From NCBI RefSeq assembly GCF_009914755.1, contig NC_060941.1: 64,000 nucleotides of DNA; one strand, 5' to 3'. This DNA comes from the human T2T-CHM13v2.0 reference genome, Homo sapiens. The notes under the pieces are model-generated. The model was given only the letters and a program-made list of their open reading frames with translations. It was not told the origin of the DNA and did no database searches. A program made the position numbers and the translations under genes. Below are positions 1 to 18,461 of this stretch, piece by piece; within the stretch, counting starts at the first letter, position 1, and every line of letters starts with the position of its first letter.

Positions 1-83
1 GTACGGGAACCAAGTGTCAGAGCACACCCTGGGCACGGTCCACACCCACAGCGCCCACTTCAAGGTGGATCTGGATGTAGCAG
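1..83 (+). CDS. AOC3: AOC3 (VAP-1/SSAO copper amine oxidase) exon 1, 3' end only
   Basis: Frame from nt 2 reads [27 protein letters not shown](G), including the HxH copper ligands. Donor CAG|GTAAGA after 83, phase 1. Confidence 0.96.
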
Positions 84-1587
84 GTAAGACATTTTGGTGG
101 GGAGAAGGCTTCTGGAGGAAGGGCTGAAAAGTTGTTTCCATTAGCTTTGGGTTTTATGTAGATTATCCCAGAAAGGAAGACGTGGATTTTTGTACTTCCC
201 CTTTTGCTGGATGGGAGAGAGTTGGCTGCTGAGTTTTATTTGGATCTTAGCTCACTGGCTGGGTGCAAAGCTGCAGCCTTCCTCTACGTGACCTCATCCA
301 AAGATCTTGGGAAATGGCCGAGCTCAGGGAGGAGGCAGGATTTGGGCTAACAGTGTCCCCATTGCCCTCTTCTCTCCCTTGTACTTATATGGGCTCTGCT
401 GCTGGGAGCAGCCTTCTGTTTGTCAGCTCAGTTCTGTGTCTGGCCTGTGGTGGTGGTGTTTTGGAGGATCTCTTTGCATTCTACCACGTCCCTGGCATGT
501 GCAGGTCAGTCATTCCAGGTTGTACATTTCCTTTGGAGATGGACCCTCCTCCCTGATTTTCCTTCTTTCTCTGGGCACAATTCACCTAAGTGTGAGGGGT
601 CACATGGATCCCGTGGAGCATTCTGGATAGATCCTGGAGTCTGGTCACAGAGAGAGCCAAGGCTACATGATGGCTTGGAGTCTTCATCTTTGTCTTTTCA
701 CTGTCTTTCCCCACATTGAGTCAGTCACCAGGTGTTTTTTTTTGGTTTTGTTTTATTTTGTTTTGTTTCTGTTTTGCACCTGCAGTATCTCGGCAGGTCA
801 GACTGTCATGCCGTGCAGGTGCCAGCCCTCTCTCTGCTGTTTTTGCTCTTGTTGCTCTCAGAGCCAAGAGCCACTCTGCACCCAGAGGGCCTCCCATCCA
901 CACCAGCCTGCCCTTTACTCAGCTCTCACTTTCGTCATCACCTGTGGGATCCTGTCTGCAGAACCCCCTCAAAACTCTTTCCTTCACGGTGCAGCTCCAC
1001 CCTGCCTTGCTGTGCTCTGCACAGCTACACCCAAATTCTCCATGTCCCTGGACACGCACTTCACATGTTACAGTCAGGCATCCTCCTGTTTGCTTATGCT
1101 TTGTCTCTGCTTAGAATGTCCTTCCATATCATCTTTTCTGGTAATGTCCTTTAAGGCCAGGCTGAAAAGTTGCCCGGAAGGGCCCCCTTTTCCTGCCTGC
1201 AACTGTATTCCTGTGATCCGGAAGTTGCCTAGGCCATGCTCCTCTCACAGGACAGGCCAGTCAGTGGTTTGTCTGTCTGCGTGGAAAGCAAGAGGGTAAG
1301 GATGATCATTCATCTCTATCCCCAGGGACGAGTACAGTCCTCTCTGCTAATGAATGTTGAAAGAATGAATGAGTGAAATGGAATGAACTCCCTGATGAAG
1401 TATTTTAATTTACAGGTCAACAGCTTTGGCTAAAGGATTGGAGGTATCCTGGGGAGAGGGAAGAGAAGGAGGGGCACACTCAGTTCTGGGCTGCTCTTTG
1501 GCCCCCACTCTGAAGCCAGATGGGGGCAGAGTCCAGAGGGGCCAGGGCAGTTGCCTGACAGGCCCTCCCCTATCCCACCCTGAGCAG

Positions 1588-1873
1588 GACTGGAGAACTG
1601 GGTCTGGGCCGAGGATATGGTCTTTGTCCCCATGGCTGTGCCCTGGAGCCCTGAGCACCAGCTGCAGAGGCTGCAGGTGACCCGGAAGCTGCTGGAGATG
1701 GAGGAGCAGGCCGCCTTCCTCGTGGGAAGCGCCACCCCTCGCTACCTGTACCTGGCCAGCAACCACAGCAACAAGTGGGGTCACCCCCGGGGCTACCGCA
1801 TCCAGATGCTCAGCTTTGCTGGAGAGCCGCTGCCCCAAAACAGCTCCATGGCGAGAGGCTTCAGCTGGGAGAG
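1588..1873 (+). CDS. AOC3: AOC3 exon 2 (286 nt)
   Basis: Acceptor GAGCAG|GA at 1587/1588. Reads (G)[15 protein letters not shown]...GFSWE(R). Donor AG|GTGAGT after 1873. Confidence 0.97.
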
Positions 1874-1980
1874 GTGAGTGGCGGGCAGTCAGAGAGGAGG
1901 GGGGCAGTGAGAGTGGGAAAGGAGTGTTGGCGGACACTCAGCTCACACTGTAGGTGAGGGGAGAGCTCTCTCAGGAAGGC

Positions 1981-2284
1981 TTTTCTTTTCCTTTTTTTTT
2001 TTTTTTTTTGAGATGGAGTTTTGCTCTGTTGCCCAGGCCGGAGTGCAGTGGAGCAATCTCACTGCATCCTCCGCCTCCCAGTTTCAAGCGATTCTCCTGC
2101 CTCAGCCTCCCCAGTAGCTGGGATTACAGGTGCACGCCACCACACATGGCTAATTTTTGTATTTTTAGTAGAGATAGGGTTTCACCATGTTGGCCAGGCT
2201 GGTCTCGAACTCCTGACCTCATGATCCACCCTCCTTGGTCTCCCAAAGTGCTGTGATTACAGGCATGAGCCACAATGCCTGGCC
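1981..2284 (-). mobile_element. Alu (S-type) in AOC3 intron 2
   Basis: Poly-T followed by antisense Alu consensus ending CCTGGCC. Confidence 0.9.
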
Positions 2285-2583
2285 AAAGGTTTTTCTAGTT
2301 ATCCAAAGAAACCATGATGGGCACATTTTCCCCTTGGAGGCTAAAGCCCAGGAGTGAGAACTCTCTTCTGTTTTGGATGGGAGAGGGGTTGTACTGTTAA
2401 ATGGCTGGGGATAAACAGGAGGACTTGACCCCCCTTAGGGTGACGTCGGGGATTCTGTAGCGCCGAGTCAGTTGTGTGACTGCAATTGGGGAAGCTGAGC
2501 TCTGAGCACTCAGTTCCCTTTCATCATAATCAGGCAGCAGGATGGGGTCAATGGCCATGGAGGCCTGACCAGTGCCTCCCTAG

Positions 2584-2713
2584 GTACCAGCTGGCTGTGA
2601 CCCAGCGGAAGGAGGAGGAGCCCAGTAGCAGCAGCGTTTTCAATCAGAATGACCCTTGGGCCCCCACTGTGGATTTCAGTGACTTCATCAACAATGAGAC
2701 CATTGCTGGAAAG
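2584..2713 (+). CDS. AOC3: AOC3 exon 3 (130 nt)
   Basis: Acceptor CCCTAG|G. Reads [43 protein letters not shown]. Donor AAG|GTCAGC. Confidence 0.96.
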
Positions 2714-3414
2714 GTCAGCTGGCCGGGGTAGAGGGTACAGGATGAGCCTTGCTTTCTCTTGGGAGGGTCCCTGAAAACCACCTGCACTTCTCAGGGGTGG
2801 TGCTGATTCCTGCCTTCTGCACTTCAGTATATCTGATCATTATCCTTTGAGGGAACCTTCCTGAGCTGGGTGTCCATATGCAGACACTGAGTGAGGCCCT
2901 GGGCCTGTCCTTGAGATCTTAGAGCCCTCTTAGTTCCAGTTTCATGGACTGAGTCCTTTCCAGGCTCCAGGACTCAGGAGGGATGGAAGTTACCAGGGAA
3001 AATGACATCTCCTGTATCTGAAGCTTCTCCCATTCCTGACTTGATGAATTTCACAATGTTGGCCTGGTTCTGCTTCCCAAGCGCTGGTTCTTTTTCCTCC
3101 ACCCTTCTTTCCTCAGTTGTGGGGAACTCTTGGAGAGTTAGGGGAAGAGGAGCTGAAGTAGCCTGTGGGTGTCACCCTCTGGGGGTAGATAGGCAATGGG
3201 CGATATGATGGGAAATGTCAGAGATGGAGGCTGCAAGCCAGGGACAGGGAAGCAGGTGTTCCTAATATGAAATGGACTACTTATGCTTTGACTCCTACCC
3301 AGCAGGAAAAAATGTTTAAAGACTCATGATCCTTGGGCTGGTGAGCTGAATCCCTACCAGGGCATGTCCTCAGCAAAGCCAGACCTCGTGATCCTCTTTC
3401 TTCTCCCCTGCTAG

Positions 3415-3690
3415 GATTTGGTGGCCTGGGTGACAGCTGGTTTTCTGCATATCCCACATGCAGAGGACATTCCTAACACAGTGACTGTGGGGAACGGCGT
3501 GGGCTTCTTCCTCCGACCCTATAACTTCTTTGACGAAGACCCCTCCTTCTACTCTGCCGACTCCATCTACTTCCGAGGGGACCAGGATGCTGGGGCCTGC
3601 GAGGTCAACCCCCTAGCTTGCCTGCCCCAGGCTGCTGCCTGTGCCCCCGACCTCCCTGCCTTCTCCCACGGGGGCTTCTCTCACAACTAG
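3415..3690 (+). CDS. AOC3: AOC3 exon 4 coding part, to TAG stop
   Basis: Polypyrimidine tract and CTAG|GAT acceptor. Reads [18 protein letters not shown]...FRGDQ...GGFSHN*, with the third Cu His and the RGD motif. Confidence 0.97.
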
Positions 3691-5241
3691 GCGGTCCTGG
3701 GATGGGGCATGTGGCCAAGGGCTCCAGGGCCAGGGTGTGAGGGATGGGGAGCAGCTGGGCACTGGGCCGGCAGCCTGGTTCCCTCTTTCCTGTGCCAGGA
3801 CTCTCTTTCTTCCACTACCCTCCCTCGCATCCGCCTCTGAGCCAGGAGCCTCCTGACCCTGTGATGCCTGACACAGGGGACACTGAACCTTGTTGATGCC
3901 AGCTGTACTGAGTTCTCATCCACAGAGGCCAGGCATGGCCCAGCCTGGAGCCGTGGCCGAGGGCTTCCCTAGATGGTTCCCTTTGTTGCTGTCTGGCTTT
4001 CCCGAATCTTTTTAGGCCACCTCCAAGGACTCTAAAAGGGGGCTATTCCCTGGAGACCCCAGAGTAGGGTTGCCAGTCCTGCAAGTCCATAGCTGAGCTG
4101 GAAAGGATGCTTCTGCTCACATTCCCTCTCATCCAGGTCCTTTCCTTCTCGTCTTCCTCTCTCTCACCTACTTCCTCCTCCTCCTCCTGTTCCTGCCTTC
4201 TCTTCTATCCTGCAATTTCTCCCGAATCCTGAGGGGATATCCCTATGTCCCAGCCCCTGGTACTCCCCCAGCCCTCAGTTTTCAGTCAAGTTCCGTCTCC
4301 TCTCCAGCCCTATGGAAGTCTCAAGGTCACGGGACCCCTAATCAGAGTGGCCAATCCCTGTGTGTCGTTCCCTTGTGTCTGTTGCTTATTGGGAGTAGGA
4401 GTTGCTCCTACCCCTGTCCTGGGGCTGGGTGTGTTTCAGGACAGCTGCTTCTGTGCATTTGTGTCTGCCTGCCTCATGCTCTCTATAGAGGAGGATGGTC
4501 ATCGTGACAGCAGCAGCTCAAGTTAGCATTTCAAGTGATTTGGGGGTGCAATGATAATGAAGAATGGCCATTTTGTACCAGGGCTCTGTATTCTGCAACA
4601 GCCTGTTTGGGAGGCTGGAGTGGAAACAAAGGGTGGGCATCAAAGATGAGAAGCCAAAGCCCCTACAACTCCAGCCACCCAGCCAGGAGGGGCTGTCCAA
4701 TCACATTCAGGCATGCGAATGAGCTGGGCCCTGGGTGAGGTGGGGGTCTGGCCTAGTGGGGAGGGGCCTGGCCTGGGTGGGGCAGGGCCTGGCCTGGTCC
4801 AGGCTTGGGCTCCATTCCCATCACTGCTGTCCCTCCTGAGGTCTGGATTGGGGATGGGGACAAAGAAATAGCAAGAGATGAGAAACAACAGAAACTTTTT
4901 TCTCTAAAGGACTGGTTAAATCAATTCTGATACAGCCTTACAATACAATAGTATGCAGCTAAAAAATAATTGTATGTCTTTATATACTAATATGTAATAA
5001 TCTTCAGGTGAAAAAGGCAAGCCACAGAAATGTGTATAGCGCACTTCCCATTTGTGTTTCAGAAAGGAGTAGAATATAAACACATAATTGCTTATGTATG
5101 CCTATTCAGAATAAATGGGTAACACTGATTACTTTTGGGAGGGGAACCAGTAGGTTGAGGACAGGAGAGGGAAGGGTCTTAACACTTACACCCTTTTGTA
5201 CATTTTGAATTTTGAACCATGTGACTGTATTACCTATTCAA

Positions 5242-5254
5242 AATAAACAATAAA
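5242..5254 (+). terminator. AOC3: AOC3 polyadenylation signals (two AATAAA)
   Basis: AATAAA at 5242-5247 and 5249-5254, followed by T-rich tracts at 5276-5304. Another AATAAA at 5110-5115. Confidence 0.8.
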
Positions 5255-5999
5255 TGGGCCCAAACAGGAATTGACTTTTTTTTTTTACTGACACTTTTTT
5301 TTTTGGTGGGGAACAGGTTGGGGGTAGGGTAAAGTGGGTTAAGGAATGGGACCAGGGATGAAATTTTCTCCAGTTCTTGAGATCCAGAGAAGCAGGTGTG
5401 GCCTCTAGTAACTCCTTTTGCCTTCTCATGCTTGTACATCTTTGAGGAAATGTTAAACCTCGGTTAATTCCCTGACACACACACACCCCACCCTTTCCCT
5501 CTCTCCTGTCTTCTCTCTCTCTCAATGAGGGGCAATGAGAAGCAGTGAGGAGGGGTGACTTCTGCTTGCCAGAAGCCCAGGCCAGGGCAGGAGGTAAAGT
5601 GCAGGAAACATTCTGGATGCCACTCAGCTTCTGACCAGAAAAAGACCAGAATATGTTCTGGGAGCTCCAGCATCATGGAAGCTTCTGCTACCTTCTGTTC
5701 TGCCCCAAGCCCAAGTTCTGCCGTAGGTCAGTGGAACAATGGATGGGGAGGAATCAATGAGCTGGAGAGAAATTAGGCTCTAAAGAACAGGAAGAAAGCC
5801 TTCAGTAAGGAGCAGGGGGCCTTCAATGGCATAGTAATTCATAATATGGCCAGGAGTGGAGGCAGGAGTGAAGGAGGACAGGGAGAGATGGAGAGAAGGG
5901 CAGACTCAAGACAGAGATGCAGGAGAAAGGGGGATGCTGTGGCCTGCTGGGACACTGATGCAGGCTTCATAATCCCTCTGACCTGAGGACTTGAACTTT

Positions 6000-9330
<3,331 letters not shown>

Positions 9331-9507
9331 AGCCCCAACATTAGTTGTCTTAATGGCATGTTCTTAGCCAAGAGCTGGAGGTAACTTCCCCGCTATTGAC
9401 CATAACCTACCAAAGGACCAGACACAAGTTCCCTGGCTGGGATGGATTGCCTTGTGGCTAGGCCTTGACATTAGATTTTATTTCCTTTATCCTAAAGGTC
9501 ACACAAC

Positions 9508-9993
9508 TGTTGCAGGACACAGAGGACTAGAGAGACTAGTATGGGTGAATACAGGAGGATATTTATTAGGTGTGTACCAGCTCAGTGGACTCACAGCTAA
9601 AAAGCTGAGCACTGAACAAAGACAGAGTTTAGCTTATACAGGCTAGTACACAGAAACAGGACAAAGGCAGTAAACTATGTAGTGACAAGTCACATAATCT
9701 ATAGCATAACTGTTGACTTGGCATAACTTGTAAAACAGAAACTTATAAATTTTACTGAATACAAGTGTTGGCAAACATAGTCATAATTAATTATTTAAAG
9801 GGGAGACAGCAAAGGAATTTGTTCTTCTTTTAACTTTGCTCGGGGGTGTCTGGAGCCTATTTCTGCAGGCTAGGTCACCATGACCTGTCTATAGCCTTGC
9901 CTACAGTAGAAGAAAACTTCTGTTTTTCATTTAACCTTTACTTTTCTTGGAGTGAATACATACAGTATTTATTTTCTTTAAATTTCTGATTCA
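9508..9993 (-). mobile_element. Solo LTR, probably ERV1 class
   Basis: TG...CA termini flanked by a 4-bp direct repeat CAAC (9504-9507, 9994-9997). TTTATT (antisense polyA signal) at 9562-9567. Family not assigned. Confidence 0.6.
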
Positions 9994-10285
9994 CAACCTG
10001 TTTCCAATGACCCTTTCCTGCCTTAGTTACAGTAATTCCATTGTCTGTCTTGACTTCAAGAAGCTTTCTAGTTCTTCATCTCCATGTTACTGCTCATTGA
10101 TGGGAATATTGGGTGTGAGTTTTACTCTCCAACATTCGGGCGTAAGTATTAAATGTCACTTTTCTTTTTGTTTCTTTTTCTGAGATAGCATCCTCCTCTG
10201 TTGCCCAGGCTGAAATGTGATGGCATGATCATGCCTTACAGCAGCTAATTCTTTTTTTTTTTTTTTTTTTTAAACTTTTTTGTAG

Positions 10286-11385
<1,100 letters not shown>

Positions 11386-11693
11386 TAATGTTCAATAACC
11401 AGCTCTGTGCCCTCAGCTACTCGGCTGGCAGGAAATTAAACTCCAGGCATGTTTGTTGAGGGTGCTTATCTTTAGGGTTAGGTAAGACTCTGGAATCTGG
11501 GAATTTTGGGGACTGTCAGCTAGTCTTCAGTGGACAGTGATCACTGCTGTTAAACTCACTTTCCACTGCCTTGCCAAGTCTTGCCAAGGCGGGGACAGAG
11601 GAGGGGCCTAGGCATGAGTTCCACTCTGAGGCTATCACTTCCCTAAGGCCTTGCTGGGCGGGAGAGTGGGCTCTAGCCATTCTTTCCCTCCAT

Positions 11694-11739
11694 ACACACA
11701 CACACGCATACACACACAGACAGACACACACACACACAC
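11694..11739. repeat. Imperfect (CA)n microsatellite
   Basis: Read directly. Confidence 0.9.
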
Positions 11740-11979
11740 TCCCTACTTGTGAATCCCACAAAATTCCCCGAATATCTGCCCTCACTCTGTAGGGGATCTC
11801 TCAAAAACCTTCCTCCTTCCCAAGTTGATCCAGGGAGCTGTCATCTGTAATCCAAGAGCTTAGAGAGGCTGCAGCGGGAAGACTGCTTGAGCCCAGGAAT
11901 TTGAGGCTGCTGTGAGCTATATATGACATCACTGCACTCCATGCACGCTAGCCTGGGTGACAGAGCGAGACCATGTCTC

Positions 11980-12010
<31 letters not shown>

Positions 12011-12311
12011 AAACCAACTTTTTTTAAAACAGTTTTTTTCATGAAGAGCTTCTACAGAGCATAAAAACCAGATCAGCAAGAGAAAATGTGGTTCTTGGTT
12101 TCCCTGAGGACAAGAAGGGCTCACATGCCTGGAGGGAGGAGTTGTTATATTGAAATTCCATCCCGCAGGAAAGGGGAGCCCTACTTTTCTTACAGCCTTG
12201 AAATGAGCCCCACTACTTCTACAGCTTTAAATAACAAGAGGCCGGGCTCGGTGGCTACGCCTGTAATCCCAGCACTTTGGGAGGCTGAGGCGGGTGGATC
12301 ACTTGGGGTCA

Positions 12312-12808
<497 letters not shown>

Positions 12809-14422
12809 TTATCTGGAGGGTCCTGGTCTCTGTGTGGTGCTGCCAGTCAAGAGGAATGATGGATATTGTGAAAAACCCAAGGGCAGAGGGGTCGGGGGTG
12901 GAGCTAGAGGGGACTAGGAATCAGGTCGTGTTCAGGAGGTGGGGCAGAGTTAAACTTTGACTTTAAATGACCCACATAAGCCTCCGTCCTCCTGTTCCAA
13001 ATAAAACAACGCACTCAGGGTCAGGGTCAATGACCTGGTCTAGGTTTCCAGGTGTCTGTCTCACTGTCTTTCTGCAATGACTACCTTGCTGAAAACATGC
13101 GCCACGCGTCTTCATGATCTTACCTCCTCTGCTTACTCCCCTCCTCCCCAACTCCCACCAAATAGGCTGATCCTTGGCTGTTCCCTGCTTGTGCTGAGCT
13201 GTTTCAGGTTTCTGTGCCTTTGCTGGAATATCCTTCCTCTTCTCTGCCAGGTGAATGCATCATCTTCAAGGTCGGCTCGAACATCTCTTCCTGAGAAGTC
13301 TTCCTAGATGTGTCCAGGTTGGAGAGGATTCTTCCCCAGGTACACGAGGGAAGCACATCCCCCTTCTGGAACCCTCAGTCTCTTCCAGTTCCCCTCAGGA
13401 CCTGGCTGCCCAAATGACAGTGGCTTTCCACATGTTTGTCACCTGGAAAAGAAGCCGCTCAGCCATTGGCTGTGAAGGACAGAGGTGGCTTCACTCTCCA
13501 TGTCGGCACCATTTTGGAAAAGGATTTTCAGGCCCGAGATAAGTCCACAGCCAGTTTCCCAGCCCCACCTGACCTCTGCCCTGGCCTATCCCTCAGTCCA
13601 GTACAAGGGGAGGCATGAAGGTCTCGGTTATACTCTGGTTCCTGCCCCCACACTCACCCCCACCCCAATGAACCAGGCAGCTTCTAGCTTGTTCTGCACC
13701 CTGCACACTCCCCTACAGTGACTTAGGGCACTTGGGGCCTCCACAAAGCTGACCTGGCTCAGCCTCTCAGCCCCCCAGCTCCCTGCTAGATGCTTTGCTT
13801 TCTCATCATTACCCTCAGGCTTCCCTCAGGCTGCTGCTAGGATTCTAGTGGATGGATGGAGGCAGGAGAGAGAGGTGGGAGGCAGAGCCTGGAGGACATC
13901 AAAAACTAGAGGAGGGAAGGAGGGAATCTGGCTGTGGAGGTGTGGCCAGGTGATTTTCCCTTGCAGCCTTGCAGCCAGGAGAAAAGTTCCACCTGGAGGG
14001 AAAAGAAAGGAGAGCCGCAGGACAGTCGGCGCCCCCCACTTCCTCTTGCACCTTGCTAGCTCTTATCTCCAAAACACACCTCTCTGCCTACTTGGTTCAT
14101 TGACCCTGACCCTGAGTACGTTGTTTGATTTGGAACAGGAGGACAGAGGCTTACGTGGGTCATTTAAAATCAAAGTTTAACTCTGCCCCACCTCCTTAAC
14201 ACGACCTGATTCCTAGTCACCTCTAGCTCCACCCCTGACCCCTCTGCCCTTGGGGTTTTTCACAATATCCATCATTCCTCTTGACCAGCAGCACCACACC
14301 AGGACCCTCCAGAGGCTGTGAGAAACATCCTGCACCCAGGTCCTCTCTATCTGTTTATCATTGTCTATTTTGTATTCTGCATTCAGAACCAAGAGCCTGA
14401 AGACGACCCAGGAGCTTTAGCT

Positions 14423-16019
14423 ATGGCTGTCTTCATTATTTTGTCCCTGTTTAGTGTTCTGGTGACAGGCATGGGTGAAGGTGGGGCTGGGAGTGAGAAA
14501 GGAGGTGAGAGGGAATGTAAGCTGAACCAGCTTCCCCATTGCCCCTCCGTATCTCCCAGTGCCCAGCCTTGGACACACCCTGGCCAGAGCCAGCTGTTTG
14601 CAGACCTGAGCCGAGAGGAGCTGACGGCTGTGATGCGCTTTCTGACCCAGCAGCTGGGGCCAGGGCTGGTGGATGCAGCCCAGGCCCAGCCCTCGGACAA
14701 CTGTGTCTTCTCAGTGGAGTTGCAGCTGCCTCCCAAGGCTGCAGCCCTGGCTCACTTGGACAGGGGGAGCCCCCCACCTGCCCGGGAGGCACTGGCCATC
14801 GTCTTCTTTGGCAGGCAACCCCAGCCCAACGTGAGTGAGCTGGTGGTGGGGCCACTGCCTCACCCCTCCTACATGCGGGACGTGACTGTGGAGCGTCATG
14901 GAGGCCCCCTGCCCTATCACCGACGCCCCATGTTGTTCCAAGAGTACCTGGACATAGACCAGATGATCTTCGACAGAGAGCTGCCCCAGGCTTCTGGGCT
15001 TCTCCATCACTGTTGCTTCTACAAGCGCCGGGGACGGAACCTGGTGACAATGACCACGGCTCCCCGTGGTCTGCAATCAGGGGACCGGGCCACCTAGTTT
15101 GGCCTCTACTACAACATCTCGGGCGCTGGGTTCTTCCTGCACCACGTGGGCTTGGAGCTGCTAGTGAACCACAAGGCCCTTGACCCTGCCCGCTGGACTA
15201 TCCAGAAGGTGTTCTATCAAGGCCGCTACTATGACAGCCTGGCCCAGCTGGAGGCCCAGTTTGAGGCCGGCCTGGTGAATGTGGTGCTGATCCCAGACAA
15301 TGGCACAGGTGGGTCCTGGTCCCTGAAGTCCCCTGTGCCCCCGGGTCCAGCTCCCCCTCTGCAGTTCCATCCCCAAGGCCCCCGCTTCAGTGTCCAGGGA
15401 AGTCGAGTGGCCTCCTCACTGTGGACTTTCTCCTTTGGCCTCGGAGCATTCAGTGGCCCAAGGATCTTTGACGTTCCCTTCCAAGGGGAGAGGGTGGCCT
15501 ATGAAGTCAGTGTCCAGGCGGCCTTGGCCATCTATGGAGGCAATTCTCCTTCTGCTCTACGAAGCCGGTACATAGATAGTGGCTTTGGCTTGGGCCACTT
15601 CTCCACGCCCCTGACCCATGGGGTGGACTGCCCCTACCTGGCCACCTACGTGGACTGGCACTTCCTTTTTGAGTCCCAGGCCGCCAAGACAATACGCGAT
15701 GCCTTTTGTATATTTGAACAGAACCAGGGCCTCCCCCTGCGGCGACACCACTCAGATCTCTACTCCCACTACTTTGGGGGCCTTGCGGAAACGGTGCTGG
15801 TCATCAGATCTGTGTCTACTATGCTCAACTATGACTATGTGTGGGATATGGTCTTCCACCCTAATGGGGCCATAGAAATCAGACTCCACACCACCGGCTA
15901 CATCAGCTCAGCATTCCCCTTTGGTGCTGCCCAGAGGTATGGAAACAAAGTTTCAGAGCACACCCTGGGCACGGTCCACACCCACAGCGCCCACTTCAAG
16001 GTGGACCTGGATGTAGCAG
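14423..16019 (+). pseudogene. AOC4P: AOC4P exon 1 coding-equivalent
   Basis: ATG at 14423 ([16 protein letters not shown]). ORFs 14318-15097 and 15146-16147 share one frame across the TAG. NYDY motif with Tyr at 15830-15832 (codon 470). Donor CAG|GTAAGG after 16019. Confidence 0.93.
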
Positions 16020-16097
16020 GTAAGGCATCCTGGCAGAGGCAAAAGTGCTGGAGGGGTGAGCTGAAGTCTCCATGCCTAGCTTTAAAAGTTTTCGTTG

Positions 16098-16385
<288 letters not shown>

Positions 16386-16844
16386 GTATTCCATGCTTTA
16401 AAAAATTACCTCTGTGATTATAGAATTTATTATATTGTATACTATGTATAAATATGATATATTGATATAAGTATTTAGATTTCTATATTCAAATGTTATC
16501 ATAATGTACCTACGTTTTGCCACTTCTGTTTTTTCATATAACAACATTATTCAAGCAAGCAACAAAAATGTATGAATGCACACTTGTGCCAAGCACCCAA
16601 CTATGCAATTTAACAAAAGAAACAACATTGTTGCTCTCAGATGGTTTACATTCTTTTTTTCTTACCTTTTGTTTTTTCTTTTTTCTTTTTTGAGACAGGG
16701 TCTCACTCTATCACCCAGGCTGGAATGAGGTAGTGTGATAATAGCTCACTGCAATCTCCAACTCCTGGGCTCATGTGGTCCTCTCACCTCGATCTCCCAA
16801 AATGCTGGGATTACAGGTGTGAACCACCATGCTCAGCCCTTATC

Positions 16845-18040
<1,196 letters not shown>

Positions 18041-18353
18041 CTGTTATTAAATGATGACAACTTTTAAAACACTTGGAACAGTGCCTGACACATAGTGGGC
18101 CCTTGAGAAATACTAGGTATTGTTGTGATTAGCCACAGGAGCCTACTTGTGTGTGTGGACCATAAAGAACTCTTAGTCTCTGGCCGGGCACAGTGGCTCA
18201 CGCCTGTAATCCCAGCAGTCTGGGAGACTGAGGTGGGTGGATCTTCTGAGGTCAGGAGATCGAGACCAGCCTGGCCAACATGGTGAAACCCCGTCTCTAT
18301 TAAAAATACAAAAATTAGCTGGGCATGCTGGTGTGCACCTGTAATCCCAGCTA

Positions 18354-18461
<108 letters not shown>

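Noticed and set aside
667-1299. 210-aa Cys-rich ORF in AOC3 intron 1
   Set aside because: No recognisable domain, and no counterpart seen in AOC4P intron 1. Probably a chance ORF in CT-rich sequence.
1410-1937. Antisense ORFs over AOC3 exon 2, AOC4P exons (14451-15050, 19341-20009) and G6PC1 exon 5 (58054-58554)
   Set aside because: Shadow ORFs of GC-rich coding sequence. Their similarity between paralogues follows from the sense-strand homology.
14318-14422. 35-codon upstream extension of the AOC4P ORF
   Set aside because: It starts at GTG. Homology to serum amine oxidase begins at ATG 14423.
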